A stretch of DNA of 64,000 nt from Candidatus Latescibacterota bacterium (GTDB lineage Bacteria > Latescibacterota > UBA2968 > UBA8231): NCBI GenBank assembly GCA_965219385.1, contig CBDCNM010000002.1, positions 3,668,305 through 3,732,304 on the forward strand. Reading direction: 5' to 3'. Below, piece after piece: positions 50,033 to 60,891 of the stretch (its first letter is position 1; every line of letters begins with the position of its first letter). The notes below the pieces were generated by a model. That model ran no database searches and had not been told where the DNA came from. It saw only the letters and a program-made list of their open reading frames with translations. The position numbers and the translations under genes are program-made.

Positions 50033-51179
50033 CCAGCAGCAGCAACGCCACAAATCCCAGGGGGGCCAACGCCAGCAAACCCATGGCCGGGCGCAAGCCA
50101 AAGGTGTCGGCAGCCACCCCGATGCTCAGGGGACCGGCCACTCCGCCGAAGATGGCGGCGCTGTTCATCAGGACAAACATGGAGGATCCGGCCCGGGGAA
50201 AGAGATCCCCGGCGTACCCCAGCAAGGTCGGGTAGACCCCGGAGATGCCCAGACCCAGCACGGCCAGCCAGAACACCGTAAACAGGGTGCCCACCGGCAG
50301 CGCCGCCAGCGGCAGACTCAACCCGCACATCAGCCCGGCGACCGCAAAATAGGGTTTTGCGCCCCATTTGTGCACCAGGCTGAAGACCACGACCCGGCCC
50401 ACCGACAGGGCTACCGCAAACAGCAGCAGGCCGAAACCGCTGAAGGCGCGGCTGGCGCCGGTGGTCAGCTCGATGAAGTAAGGCAGCCAGTTGGACGCCC
50501 CTATCTCGACGATGGCAGTCAGGAACGAAACCGCCATCAACAGTACGAACGCAGGGGCGCGCGCGGCTTCCCGCAACGGCTGGCGGCCGTTCGCCGCCGT
50601 TGGAGCCGAGGGCCCGGGCAAGGGCGTGAACAACGCTACCAGACCGTAGAATAAAATCAGCGTGCTGAATACTTGGAAAACCATCCGCCAGTTCCAGCCC
50701 AGTTGCAGCAGGACCAAGGCCAGGAGGATGAAAACCACCATGCCGATGTGGAAAAAGGCGTGGAATATACCGGTCACCCGGGTGCGGCTTTCGGGGTACA
50801 GGGTGCACAACAGCGCGGTGAGCGGCGCCGAAATCAAACCCCGGCCCAGGCCCGCAAGCAAGCTGCCCGCTATGGCCGGCCACGGGCTGTGCACCAGGGA
50901 GATCAGCACCAGGCCTGCCCCCTGCAGCAGGGTGGAGCTCAACAGCAAGAGGCGGAATCCCAACCGCTCCGCGGCCCAGCCTGAAAACAGGGACGTCAGA
51001 CCCATCCCCCAGAGAATGGTGCTCAGGAACAGGCCCTTCCGAGCCTCGCTCTCAAGGCCCAGGTCTCCGGCCAGGGCACTCAGACAAACGGCCGGCGCCA
51101 CCAGCAAAATACTGTTTGCGGCCATGCAGTAACAGCACAGCACCAGGATGGCCCGCCGCGGCAGGTCTTTGTGGTTCAT
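50016..51179 (-). CDS. MFS transporter
   Basis: About 12 hydrophobic segments; [10 protein letters not shown] motif A. Confidence 0.9.
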   Translation of the reverse strand: MNHKDLPRRAILVLCCYCMAANSILLVAPAVCLSALAGDLGLESEARKGLFLSTILWGMGLTSLFSGWAAERLGFRLLLLSSTLLQGAGLVLISLVHSPWPAIAGSLLAGLGRGLISAPLTALLCTLYPESRTRVTGIFHAFFHIGMVVFILLALVLLQLGWNWRMVFQVFSTLILFYGLVALFTPLPGPSAPTAANGRQPLREAARAPAFVLLMAVSFLTAIVEIGASNWLPYFIELTTGASRAFSGFGLLLFAVALSVGRVVVFSLVHKWGAKPYFAVAGLMCGLSLPLAALPVGTLFTVFWLAVLGLGISGVYPTLLGYAGDLFPRAGSSMFVLMNSAAIFGGVAGPLSIGVAADTFGLRPAMGLLALAPLGFVALLLLVREPD

Positions 51180-51334
51180 CTATTAGGTATATCGGTATGG
51201 GGGGTTGCCGTCTCGTGCGGCCCCTCAAACTAAAGCCGCCGGTCCCCCCGGTCAACAGTCTACCCGCCTTGACACCGCACATCTTCCACTGGATATTCTG
51301 GCGTACAACAAACCTTCGGGAGAGGCAGCCGACC

Positions 51335-51913
51335 ATGACCATAGACCTGGGCTCAAGACGCGAGCTATTCATTGACCACCACCTCGTCGAAAGACTTGAG
51401 GGAACCCACCTCCAGCTACAGCAACCCAGATCTGCCGGAATCGCCGTACACTACGACCAGCCGTGGGAAAAATGAGGTCGGCCTCCATCCGCGCGCCGGA
51501 AAGTAATGTCGCTCTACGTGCAGCGGAATTACGGTCAGGAGACGGCCTACCTTGAGCGCTTTGTCCTGCGGCTCGACGGTTTTGCCTCGGTCCGCGCACC
51601 CTACGACGGAGGCGAGGTGCAAACCAGGCCCTTCACCTTCACCGGCCAGGCGCTGGAAATCAACTATTCCACCAGTGCGGCCGGGGGGCTCCGCGTCGAA
51701 ATCCAGGACGCAGAAGGCCAACCCCTTCCCGGTTGGGCGCTCGACGATTGTTCCGAGATCATCGGCGACGAGATAAGCCGGGTGGTCTCCTGGAAGGAAG
51801 GCAGTGATATCGCCGCCCTGGAGGGCAGGCCGATCCGCCGGCGTTTTGTTATGCGCGACGCGGACTTGTTTGCGCTGCGCTTTTGCGCCGGCAATGAAAA
51901 TTCCATAAGGTGA
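51335..51913 (+). pseudogene. Internally deleted beta-propeller glycosidase-like gene (only N- and C-termini left)
   Basis: MTIDLGSRRELFID...DQPWE* joined out of frame to LRLDGFAS...TRPFTFTG..LEIN...LRVEIQD...RFVMRDADLFALRF. Confidence 0.7.
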
Positions 51914-51922
51914 CGAAATCCG

Positions 51923-53671
51923 ATGGAAAACCACAGGTCGCCGGACGGAGCCGAGGTCGATGAAAAATTCCTCCATCTCCACCAGGAACTGGCCCAGGAG
52001 TGGGGCATTGACTTTCACCGGATGCGTGCCCTTTTGTGCCGGATGATGGATGGAAATTGGCACTCCATCGGCGATCTGGTACAGATACACGCCATCTCCC
52101 ATCGGACCGTAACCCACCTGGTCCGGCGCCTCGAACCGTGGCTCGAAAGCCAGGAGGATCGCGTCCGGGGGCGGGAGGAATACAACAACGCCTTTATTTC
52201 TGTTTTTGATTGCGCTGGCACCGACGCCGGCATCGGCGCTGGTGCCGATCCCTACGAAACAGCGGCCAGGTCAAGTGCCGGACTCGCGTCCATGATCCGC
52301 ATCTTGCAGGGACTTCCCCGATCGGTCCGCGACCTCGATCACGTTTCGGCCACCCCTTTGACGTGCATCAAACGCGCCCTGTTCCTCGGAGAAAATTACG
52401 ACCTCAAAGGGGCCCAGATCCTGTGCCTGGGCGATCACGATCTGACCTCTGCGGCGCTCTGCCTGCTGTACCCGGATCTTCACATCACTGTGGTCGACGT
52501 GGACGAACCCGTTCTCGAGTATATCCACATCCTGTCCGCCCAGCACGGCTGGAATATACGCAGCGTCTTTGCCGATCTCCGTATCGAGTTGCCCAGAAGC
52601 CTGACCGAGCATTTCGATCTGGTTTTCACCGATCCGCCCTACGCGCCCGGCGGCGTCAAGCTCTTCCTTAAACGCGGCCTGGAAAGCCTGAAAAGAGTTC
52701 ACTCCGAGCGGATCTTTTTTTGCTACGGGTTCGGCGAGCACCACCCGGGTCTGGGGTTCAAGGTGCAGAGTGCAGTGCACGAACTCCGCCTGGTGCTCGA
52801 AGCCATCCTGCCCGGCTTCAACCGCTACGATGGCGCCGAAGCCATCGGCGGCAGCAGTGCCCTGTACATCTGCCGTCCGACCCGCAGAAGCTGGTCGGCG
52901 GCAAAAGCGGCCAGGGTGGGTGCAAAGATCTATACCCAGGGCAAGAGTGCCGCAGAGACAGGGCCTGAAGCACTGCCTCGTGAAACCAGCGACAAAATAC
53001 AAGAATACGTGGCGCAGTACGGAGGCGATGATCCGACCTTCGTCGGCGCGGGCTGGCCCGCACCGATACGAACTGCGAGCATATCTTTGAGCGGGTACCT
53101 GCGCACCATGTACCGGGCCCAGGGCAAGCCTCCCTTTACCCGAAATCCGCATGCCGGCTTGGTGGCCGTCAATCTGTATCCAGAGTACGCCGGCTACCTG
53201 GCGCGTTTGCCGCTGGTCGCCGCGGCCGAATTTTTAATCATGTGCGTTGCGGACAAGGCATTCCACGCCGTTTTCATGGCGGATGGGGATTCCGCCTTGA
53301 AGGCTCTTGTGGAAAGCAAATATCAAATCCTGGCGGCCAGCCGCGGTACCCACTTGCGGCCGGCCATCGTGGTTTTACAGCAGGCGCCGCCGGCCGCAAC
53401 CACGGCATTGCAGTACGTCCTGAGGTACATCGTCGATCACCGACACGCCCGACTCGGCAACGCCTGGCGCGAGGCCCTGGTCTCGTGGTTCGTCGAGCAC
53501 CAGGAGGCCACACTGACCAAGAATCAGGCCCGCCGGATCATTGACGAGAGCCCGCTGGCGCCCTCTTTTATACAGGGCTATCTGGCGGAGCTACCACTTC
53601 AAGTTCTCGCGACCCTGGCGCCCCGTGTCGAACACACCATCCAAAAGGCACCCACCCTGAAAGAAACGTAA
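51923..53671 (+). CDS. BpsA-like (branched-chain polyamine synthase/DUF43) class I SAM-fold protein with C-terminal extension
   Basis: LDHVSAT, CLGDHDLTS, VVDVD, ADLR, FTDPPY, FNRYDGA. Confidence 0.75.
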   Translation: MENHRSPDGAEVDEKFLHLHQELAQEWGIDFHRMRALLCRMMDGNWHSIGDLVQIHAISHRTVTHLVRRLEPWLESQEDRVRGREEYNNAFISVFDCAGTDAGIGAGADPYETAARSSAGLASMIRILQGLPRSVRDLDHVSATPLTCIKRALFLGENYDLKGAQILCLGDHDLTSAALCLLYPDLHITVVDVDEPVLEYIHILSAQHGWNIRSVFADLRIELPRSLTEHFDLVFTDPPYAPGGVKLFLKRGLESLKRVHSERIFFCYGFGEHHPGLGFKVQSAVHELRLVLEAILPGFNRYDGAEAIGGSSALYICRPTRRSWSAAKAARVGAKIYTQGKSAAETGPEALPRETSDKIQEYVAQYGGDDPTFVGAGWPAPIRTASISLSGYLRTMYRAQGKPPFTRNPHAGLVAVNLYPEYAGYLARLPLVAAAEFLIMCVADKAFHAVFMADGDSALKALVESKYQILAASRGTHLRPAIVVLQQAPPAATTALQYVLRYIVDHRHARLGNAWREALVSWFVEHQEATLTKNQARRIIDESPLAPSFIQGYLAELPLQVLATLAPRVEHTIQKAPTLKET

Positions 53672-53704
53672 AATGCAGGAGACCATTTCCAGGATGTTGC
53701 TCTG

Positions 53705-54643
53705 GTGAACCAGCACAACCCGAGCGGACGCCCGCTGGTAGGGCTGGCCCTGGCCTTGTTCACCTCGTGCACCTGGGCTACGCTTCCCATTATCCTGAAA
53801 ATCCTGGTACAGTGGGTGGACGTATACACCCTGACCTGGTTCCGCTTCCTGGTCGCCGGCTTGCTGCTGGTACCGCTGGTGCTGCGCGGCCAGGAAGCGG
53901 CTGCGCTCCTCCGGATTCGCGGCATGCCGCTGGTGCTGCTGCTGATCGCCTTCCTGGGTCTGTGGGGCAATTACCTGACCTATATGTCGGGACTGCGTTT
54001 CATTTCCCCCGGCGCGGGTCAGGTCATAATGCAGATATCCTCCATACTCTTGATGCTGGGCGGCCTGCTGATTTTCGGCGAGGCCTTCAGCCGGCTTCAG
54101 TGGCTGGGAGCCGGTATCCTGATCGCCGGCCAGGTCCTGTTTTTCTACCCCCAGCACGGCGAACTCCTGGATCTATCCGGGACCTATGCCCTCGGGGTTT
54201 TCCTGGTTTTCGTCTCGGCCCTGTTGTGGACGCTCTACATGTTGATGCAGAAACAGCTGCTGGTCTCTCTGGCGCCCGAGTCCGTATTGTGCTTCATCTA
54301 TTTTTTCGGAGCGGTCTTGCTGCTGCCCGTTGCCCAACTTTCGAAACTGCCGGACCTGGATGTAATACAGGCGGTGCTGCTGGTGCTTTCCGCCGCGTTG
54401 ACCATGGTATCCTACCTGAGCTTCGGCCGGGCCCTGGAACATGTGGAATCATCCCGGGTCGGGGTGGTCATCGCGCTGATGCCCCTGATTACGGTCATGA
54501 ACGTGGAGTTGATCACCACGGCTTACCCGGAGGTTCCCCTGGAGCCGGAGCACTTGACGCCGATCAGCCTGGGAGGGGCTGCGCTGGTGGCTGTGGGGGC
54601 GATGTGCGGGGCTCTGGGCAAGGGTTTGCGCCGGGCGGGTTAG
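53705..54643 (+). CDS. DMT/EamA family transporter
   Basis: Two EamA-like hydrophobic repeats; WFRF, FGE. Confidence 0.9.
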   Translation: MNQHNPSGRPLVGLALALFTSCTWATLPIILKILVQWVDVYTLTWFRFLVAGLLLVPLVLRGQEAAALLRIRGMPLVLLLIAFLGLWGNYLTYMSGLRFISPGAGQVIMQISSILLMLGGLLIFGEAFSRLQWLGAGILIAGQVLFFYPQHGELLDLSGTYALGVFLVFVSALLWTLYMLMQKQLLVSLAPESVLCFIYFFGAVLLLPVAQLSKLPDLDVIQAVLLVLSAALTMVSYLSFGRALEHVESSRVGVVIALMPLITVMNVELITTAYPEVPLEPEHLTPISLGGAALVAVGAMCGALGKGLRRAG

Positions 54644-54653
54644 CAGAGGGTTT

Positions 54654-55541
54654 TCAGGTCCCCGGGGATATGCCCGGGTCGCTGTAGCGGCGCAGCACCC
54701 GGGGCAATCCTTCCTGGTCGCAGGGGGGCCTTTCAGGGGCTTCGCAGGGCCAGCACTGTCCGCCGGTGAACCGGTAGGGGTCGTTGGCCAGCCAGCAGAA
54801 CATCTCGGCCGCGGCAATGCCGCACTTGAACTGTTCGAAGTAGGGTTCGTCGGCAAAGGTGGGCCAGGAAAAATTGGCCTCCGGATCGACGATCCAGTCG
54901 CGCCGGGGAGGGGCCGTGCGCCAGTAGTTGTACTTGATCAGGTTGCGGAAACCAGAGGCGGTGCTCCTGCCCTTGCGGTGCCAGATGGAGTAGACGGTCA
55001 GGAAGATGGAACCGGCCGGGGCCGTGGTGGGTACGGCCCCTTTGACGCCGCGGATATGGCCCAGGTAGGTGGCCTTGGCGCGCATGAAGTGCGAGCCGGG
55101 GATCACCTCGGTCGGGCCCGCTTCGAGCGGGGTGTCCTGCGGGTAGTAGAACACCTGGAGGTAGTCCAGCCGCGGGGTGTAGATCGAACCGCCGTCGCGG
55201 TGCCAGCCGCCGGCCGGGGCCGGGCATGGGGCGCGGTGGTTGCAGAAGGTTTGGGGCAATTTGAAGTTGGCCCCCAGGAGGGAGCGCACCGCACCGGCGG
55301 CCCGCGGGTTTTTGAAGACGCCGTCGATGAACCAGTCGGCGAAGAGCAGTTCGAGGGGCTGGTGCTCGCCGGGATGCGCGGCGATGAAACCCATCATGCG
55401 CTGATTGATTTCCTCTTCGACCACGGCTTCGAGCATCAGGTAGCCCTTGCGGCAGAATTCGAATACCTGCTGGTCGTTCAAGGCGGGTTCGCAGTCGTAG
55501 GTCAGGCCCACCTGAGGTTGCAGTGGTTTGGTAGCTTCCAT
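54654..55541 (-). CDS. PhyH family dioxygenase
   Basis: WHRDG, YYPQD, GPTEVIPGSH, IWHR. Confidence 0.88.
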   Translation of the reverse strand: MEATKPLQPQVGLTYDCEPALNDQQVFEFCRKGYLMLEAVVEEEINQRMMGFIAAHPGEHQPLELLFADWFIDGVFKNPRAAGAVRSLLGANFKLPQTFCNHRAPCPAPAGGWHRDGGSIYTPRLDYLQVFYYPQDTPLEAGPTEVIPGSHFMRAKATYLGHIRGVKGAVPTTAPAGSIFLTVYSIWHRKGRSTASGFRNLIKYNYWRTAPPRRDWIVDPEANFSWPTFADEPYFEQFKCGIAAAEMFCWLANDPYRFTGGQCWPCEAPERPPCDQEGLPRVLRRYSDPGISPGT

Positions 55542-55641
55542 GGCAATGGCTCCCCGAGTGTGGTTCAGAGCGGTTTTCCGACAAACAAAATGGGATGGGG
55601 GGAGCATTCAGTCAAGGTTTTTAGCTGTTGCCTGTATTCAG

Positions 55642-57177
55642 CTAAACCCCGCCCCTGCGATCGAGGGAGCGGTATTGAATGGCCTCGCTGATGTGCGCAG
55701 CCTGGATCTGTTCGCTGTCCTCCAGATCGGCGATGGTGCGGCCCACCTTGAGAATGCGGTCGTAGGCCCGCGCCGATAGGCCCAGCTGGGTGATGGCCTT
55801 TTTGAGCAACTCCTCGCCCTTGCCCACCACCAGGCAGTAGCGGCGGATGTGACGCGGGCTCATGTGGGCATTGCAAAACAGCTCCGACTCGCCGGCAAAG
55901 CGCTCGAGTTGGCGGGTGCGGGTCTGGTTGACCCGGGCGCGGATCTGGGCCGAGGCAAGGCCGGCGGTCTTGCTGGTCAACTCTTCGTACTGGACCGCGG
56001 GCATCTCGATGTGGATGTCCATGCGGTCCAAAAGCGGGCCGGAGACGCGGGCCCGGTAGCGCTGGATCATCAGCGTCGAACACGAGCATTCGTGCTGCGG
56101 ATCGGCCAAGTAGCCGCAGGGACACGGGTTCATGGCGGCGATGAGCATGAAGCGGGCCGGGTAGGCCAGGGTGACCAGGGCGCGGGCCAGGGTGACGGTG
56201 TAGTCTTCGAGAGGCTGGCGCAAGGCCTCGATGACGTGGGTTTTGAACTCGGGCAATTCGTCCAGGAAGAGCACGCCGTGGTGGGCCAGGGAGACCTCGC
56301 CGGGCCGGGGGTAGGCGCCCCCGCCGATGAGGCCGGCATCGGAGATGGTGTGGTGCGGGGCGCGGAAGGGCCGGGTGGCGATGAGGGCCTGGCGGGGGGG
56401 CAGGACCCCGGCGACAGAGTGGATCTGGGTGGTGGCCAGGGCTTCGTCCAGGGTCAGGTCGGGCAGGATGGAGGGCACGCGGCGGGCCAGCATGGTCTTG
56501 CCCGAGCCGGGCGGGCCGATCATCAGTAGATTGTGGCCGCCGGCCGCGGCCACTTCGAGGGCGCGCTTGGCGTGTGCCTGGCCGCAGACCTCGGCAAAGT
56601 CCACCTCGTAGTCGGCGTGGCGCTGGAACACCGCCTCCAGGTCCAGCTTGAAGGGCGGCAGGCGAGCACTGCCTTCGAGGATCTCCACGGCCTCGTTGAG
56701 GCTGGCCACGCCGTAGATGAGGGGGCCGTCGGCCGTGGCTGCTTCGCGGACATTGGCCTGGGGCACGATCAGACCATAGACTTGGTGCTGGCGCATGCTC
56801 AGAGCCATGGACAGCACGCCGTGCACCGGCCGCAGGGAGCCGTTGAGCGAGAGTTCGCCCAGCAGCACGAAGTCGCCCAGGCGGGGCGCCCGGGTCTGCT
56901 CGGAGGCGACCAGGATGCCCACGGCAATAGGCAGGTCGAAGGCCGAGCCTTCCTTGCGGATGTCGGCCGGGGCCAGGTTGACGGTGACGCGGCGTCGGGG
57001 CCACTCGAAGCCGGCGTTGCGGATGGCGGCCTGGACGCGTTCCTTGCTTTCCTTGACGGCGTTGTCGGGCAGGCCGACCACGGAGAAGGTGGGCAGCTGG
57101 CGGTCGGTGTCGACTTCGACGTGGACGGAATAGGCGTCGATACCGAGGGTGGCGGCGCTGAGCACGGTCGAAGGCAT
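55642..57177 (-). CDS. comM: ComM/YifB Mg-chelatase-like AAA+ ATPase
   Basis: VGLPD.AVKE, NLAPADIRKEGSAFDL, GPPGSGKTM, RPFRAPHH, LFLDELPEF, AMNPCPCG, LSARAYDRILKV. Confidence 0.97.
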   Translation of the reverse strand: MPSTVLSAATLGIDAYSVHVEVDTDRQLPTFSVVGLPDNAVKESKERVQAAIRNAGFEWPRRRVTVNLAPADIRKEGSAFDLPIAVGILVASEQTRAPRLGDFVLLGELSLNGSLRPVHGVLSMALSMRQHQVYGLIVPQANVREAATADGPLIYGVASLNEAVEILEGSARLPPFKLDLEAVFQRHADYEVDFAEVCGQAHAKRALEVAAAGGHNLLMIGPPGSGKTMLARRVPSILPDLTLDEALATTQIHSVAGVLPPRQALIATRPFRAPHHTISDAGLIGGGAYPRPGEVSLAHHGVLFLDELPEFKTHVIEALRQPLEDYTVTLARALVTLAYPARFMLIAAMNPCPCGYLADPQHECSCSTLMIQRYRARVSGPLLDRMDIHIEMPAVQYEELTSKTAGLASAQIRARVNQTRTRQLERFAGESELFCNAHMSPRHIRRYCLVVGKGEELLKKAITQLGLSARAYDRILKVGRTIADLEDSEQIQAAHISEAIQYRSLDRRGGV

Positions 57178-57376
57178 GGTCTTTCTTTCTGCGGATGGGT
57201 GAAAAGGCACGTAGAGAGGAAGTGGGGCAATATCCGTACCAGGGGCGCTTTGAGGGAGGGTGCGGTGTTGCAGAGGGGAAAAGTGTTACGGGTCGGCTAC
57301 ATGTATGTCACCTGTTCTACACAGGCGAATCATCGTTTCTTGCGCCGGCAGGATCGACAATATCATCTTGGTACAC

Positions 57377-57430
57377 ATGGATCCATGCCCCTCCGGCTAC
57401 CTGGGGGACCCGCGCCACGCGTGCGCCGGT
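57377..57430 (+). other. Inverted, diverged comM fragment upstream of comM
   Basis: MDPCPSGYLGDPRHAC versus comM MNPCPCGYLADPQHEC (56133-56086, - strand); 35 of 48 nt identical. Confidence 0.7.
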
Positions 57431-57682
57431 GCTCCCTCCCAGGAGAGGGCCGCGGGGGCGGGTTGATGATTTTTGTATTTGGCCGCAAGATGGATTATAT
57501 TGAATGCACTCTAGAAAATCTGGCTGCAAGAATGTCTTCTCCGGGGTGAAAATCCGGGACGTGACCCTCACCTAGGGAGAGTACCTGGGCTGCGACAGCC
57601 AGCAGTGGCGCCTCTTCGCCAATCAGATCCGAAAAGCGAAACACACGCAGAGTTAGCTTGATAAACCAGGAGGAAGAAGGCC

Positions 57683-58702
57683 GTGACGCGATTTGTCTAC
57701 ATCAGTATAGCAGGAGACAACAAGATTTCCATCTTCACTATGGATCAGGATAGCGGCAGGCTGACCCACAAGGAGGATGTCCATTTACACGATGGCCCCG
57801 GGCCCATGGCGATCCATCCCAGCCAGTCCGTGCTCTACGCCGCACTGCGGTCCAACAAGGAGGTATTGAGCCTGCGCATCGACCCGGCAACCGGGAGTTT
57901 GTCCCCGGCGGGCAGCATCCGTTTAGAGGAGGGGCCGGCGATGATTTCAACCGACCGCAAGGGCGGCTATTTAATGGCGGCTTACTACGGCGCCGGGGCG
58001 GTGTCGGTGCATCCCATTGACGCCGACGGCATTGCCGTTGATCCGCAGGTGCTGTGGGAGAAGACAACGGCTCGGGCCCATTACATCGAGGCGGACGCCG
58101 GCAACCAATTCGTCTTTGTGCCCCACGTATTGCCCGGCAATGCCATCTACCAGTTCCTCTTTGACGAAAACACGGGGAAGCTGACGCCGAACGAACCGCA
58201 CGTGCAACCACCCGAAGGAGAAGGTCCCCGGCACTTCTGTTTCCATCCCAGCCAGAAATTCGTCTATACCGCCAACGAAGACAGCAGCACGGTAACCGCC
58301 TACCATTTCGACCATACAAAGGGCACCTTGTCGGCCTTCCAGACAGTGTCTACCCTGCCGCCCGAGGGCTACGTGCCGGGCGAAGAGCCCAACTCCTGTT
58401 CCCAGATCAGGATCACGCCGAACGGCAAGTTCCTCTACGCGCCCAACCGGGGGCACAACAGCGTCGCCTGTTTCAGGATCAACGAATCCGGTGGCCTGTC
58501 CACCATCGGCTACACCCCCATCGAACGTCACACCCGGGGGACCGCCATGGACCCGGAGGGTCGGTTTTACTACACCACCGGGACGCGCTCGGGACGCATG
58601 GCCTCTTTCGCCATCAGTCCGCGGACCGGGGCGCTGGAGCCGCTGGAGAATTTTGCGGTGGGCGATACCCCCATGTGGGTGGAAATCGTCTCCCAGGAAT
58701 AA
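57683..58702 (+). CDS. Lactonase (6-phosphogluconolactonase-like beta-propeller)
   Basis: GPRHFCFHP, YTANE, FQTVSTLP, ITPNGKFLYAPNRGHNS. Confidence 0.92.
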   Translation: MTRFVYISIAGDNKISIFTMDQDSGRLTHKEDVHLHDGPGPMAIHPSQSVLYAALRSNKEVLSLRIDPATGSLSPAGSIRLEEGPAMISTDRKGGYLMAAYYGAGAVSVHPIDADGIAVDPQVLWEKTTARAHYIEADAGNQFVFVPHVLPGNAIYQFLFDENTGKLTPNEPHVQPPEGEGPRHFCFHPSQKFVYTANEDSSTVTAYHFDHTKGTLSAFQTVSTLPPEGYVPGEEPNSCSQIRITPNGKFLYAPNRGHNSVACFRINESGGLSTIGYTPIERHTRGTAMDPEGRFYYTTGTRSGRMASFAISPRTGALEPLENFAVGDTPMWVEIVSQE

Positions 58703-59072
58703 CACGGCTGGGCGAGTGCGAAGGGACGGGAGCAAAGGTGCGGCAAAACAAAGCCCCCTGGCGGCTGGGCATCGGCACGGCATGGCCATAGGTGTGGCTG
58801 TTTCTCCGTGGCCGTCAGCATCGCCTGCTCTCGAATTGTACGTGACATATTGGGTCCTTTGGTGGTTACATCTCTCAGACGATCTCTTAGAAGCCTTCTT
58901 AAAATTCCCGGTGTGCCCCGAGCGTGCGCGAAAAAGCGGCGACTTTCCGGCCTAATGACTCAGTTACTTCGTCGCGAACCCTAAGGCGATCGCCACCACC
59001 ATCTGCTGGTGGAGGAGTTGACGGCTTGAGACTGTACCGATAAAAGCTCAAGTGTCTGAAAGGAGTTGCACT

Positions 59073-60830
59073 ATGACCCGCTGGATGATCCGTTTCCCGG
59101 CCCTGTTGCTGGCAGTTGTCGCGTGGCTACTCCTACCTTTGGTCCATGCTCAGGAAAAAGGGGGAACTCAGACAGAGCAGAGCCCGGTTGCTCATTATCC
59201 ATTCGATGGGAATGCGAACGACGCGAGTGGGAACAGGTATGATGGCCTGGTATTCGGACCGATCTTGACTGCTGATCGGTTTGACAATCCGCGGAGTGCT
59301 TATGAATTTGATGGTGACTTTGATCTGATTGGCTTGCCGCATGAGGTACTGGATGGATTGTCCGATGTTACCACTACATTCTGGTTGAAGACTTCAAAAA
59401 CAGGAGAACAGGTCATTGTCAGTGGTGCAAACAGGATCAGGGATAATGAATACACACTGTTTTTTCCGAACCCAAGCACGCTACGCTTTCATTCAAATGG
59501 CAATCGACCAAGACTATGCCACATAGATATGCCTCCCATAGCCGATGGGAGATGGCATCACATGGCCGTGGTTCGAAATGCTACTCTTGGCAACGCCATA
59601 TTGTATATAGATGGGAAAGGTCTCCCGGCCAACTGTCAATTTCTTCCCTATGATCCGCTTAACATAGAGGAAGGCGGCCTCATCATCGGCCTGGAGCAAG
59701 ATGAACTTGGAGGAGGGTTAGACCCAAGTCAGGCCTTTGTAGGCGTGCTGGACGACCTCAGGATTTACAACTATGTATTGACACCGGCTGAGGTAGACGC
59801 GCTCTTCCGCGAAAACGGTTGGACGTCCGTAGATAGTGGACCTTCTGGACCCTTTGCAATCGCATCTATTACAGATGTCCCCAACGACCAAGGCCGCCAG
59901 GTCAGCCTCACGTGGACCAAGCACCCCTACGATATCCCTGACCCCGAAACCTTGATAACCGAATACAGCGCGTGGCGCAAGATTGATCCAGACCTGGCAG
60001 CTGGCAAAGAACTACCGGATCCCGATGTCAGGGGCACCCCCGAAGGCCGCTGGCACTTCATCCAGAAAGTGCCAGCCAACCAGAGCGAAGAATACAGTGT
60101 CGTCGTGCCCACCCTGGCCGATTCGACCATAACCGCAGGGATCTACTACTCCACTTTCTTCGTCCAGGCGCACACCGCCTTCCCCAACATTCACTTCTCC
60201 ACCGAACCCGCCCGCGGCTACTCGGTAGACAACCTCGAACCGCGAACCCCGGCCCAGTTCGCCTTCACCGCCACCAAGGCCGGCAAAGCCTTGCTGACCT
60301 GGGAGCAGGTTCTGGACGAGGATTTTGCGTACTACGCCCTCTTTCGCGGCAATACCATGAGCTTTGTGCCGGATGGGGTTTTCTATACCACGGTAGACAC
60401 CCAGTTCGAGGACACCATCGACGAGGAAGATCACTTCTACCGGATTGCGGCCTTCGACTTTGCCGGCAATAGCAGTCCTCTATCCAACTCGCTGGACGTG
60501 GCTCTGGATATACACACCGATGCAGCATTCGTACGACAGATGGGCCAACCGCAGGTCTTTGCTCTCCTGCCCAACTTTCCCAATCCCTTCAACCCGGCGA
60601 CAACGATTCGCTACGATTTGCAAGAGGAGGCTCAGGTGCGCTTGCAAGTCTACGCTCTCACCGGCCAGTTGGTGCGCACCCTGGTGGACTTGCACCAGCC
60701 TGCCGGTCACTACAGCACGCAATGGGATGGCCGGGATCGCACCGGTGCTCCCGTGGGCACCGGCCTGTATCTGTACGAGCTGGAAGCCGGGGAATTTCGC
60801 GCCGTTCGCAAGATGGTGTTGACGAAGTAA
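59073..60830 (+). CDS. Secreted LamG-like + Fn3/Ig-like protein with C-terminal FlgD-Ig (T9SS-CTD-like) domain
   Basis: Signal peptide; HYPFDGNANDASGN, WHHMAVV, GVLDDLRIYN; DVPNDQG; NFPNPFNP.T.IRY, WDGRD..G..V.TGLYLY, KMVL.K. Confidence 0.9.
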   Translation: MTRWMIRFPALLLAVVAWLLLPLVHAQEKGGTQTEQSPVAHYPFDGNANDASGNRYDGLVFGPILTADRFDNPRSAYEFDGDFDLIGLPHEVLDGLSDVTTTFWLKTSKTGEQVIVSGANRIRDNEYTLFFPNPSTLRFHSNGNRPRLCHIDMPPIADGRWHHMAVVRNATLGNAILYIDGKGLPANCQFLPYDPLNIEEGGLIIGLEQDELGGGLDPSQAFVGVLDDLRIYNYVLTPAEVDALFRENGWTSVDSGPSGPFAIASITDVPNDQGRQVSLTWTKHPYDIPDPETLITEYSAWRKIDPDLAAGKELPDPDVRGTPEGRWHFIQKVPANQSEEYSVVVPTLADSTITAGIYYSTFFVQAHTAFPNIHFSTEPARGYSVDNLEPRTPAQFAFTATKAGKALLTWEQVLDEDFAYYALFRGNTMSFVPDGVFYTTVDTQFEDTIDEEDHFYRIAAFDFAGNSSPLSNSLDVALDIHTDAAFVRQMGQPQVFALLPNFPNPFNPATTIRYDLQEEAQVRLQVYALTGQLVRTLVDLHQPAGHYSTQWDGRDRTGAPVGTGLYLYELEAGEFRAVRKMVLTK

Positions 60831-60891
60831 CCCGGTACGTTGGAGAAGATACAAGAGCAAAAATTCCTACAACATTTATGCAACGCTACGC

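Noticed and set aside
57540..57670. Riboswitch upstream of the lactonase
   Set aside because: GGAGAG is present but I could not build the conserved glycine or other riboswitch core
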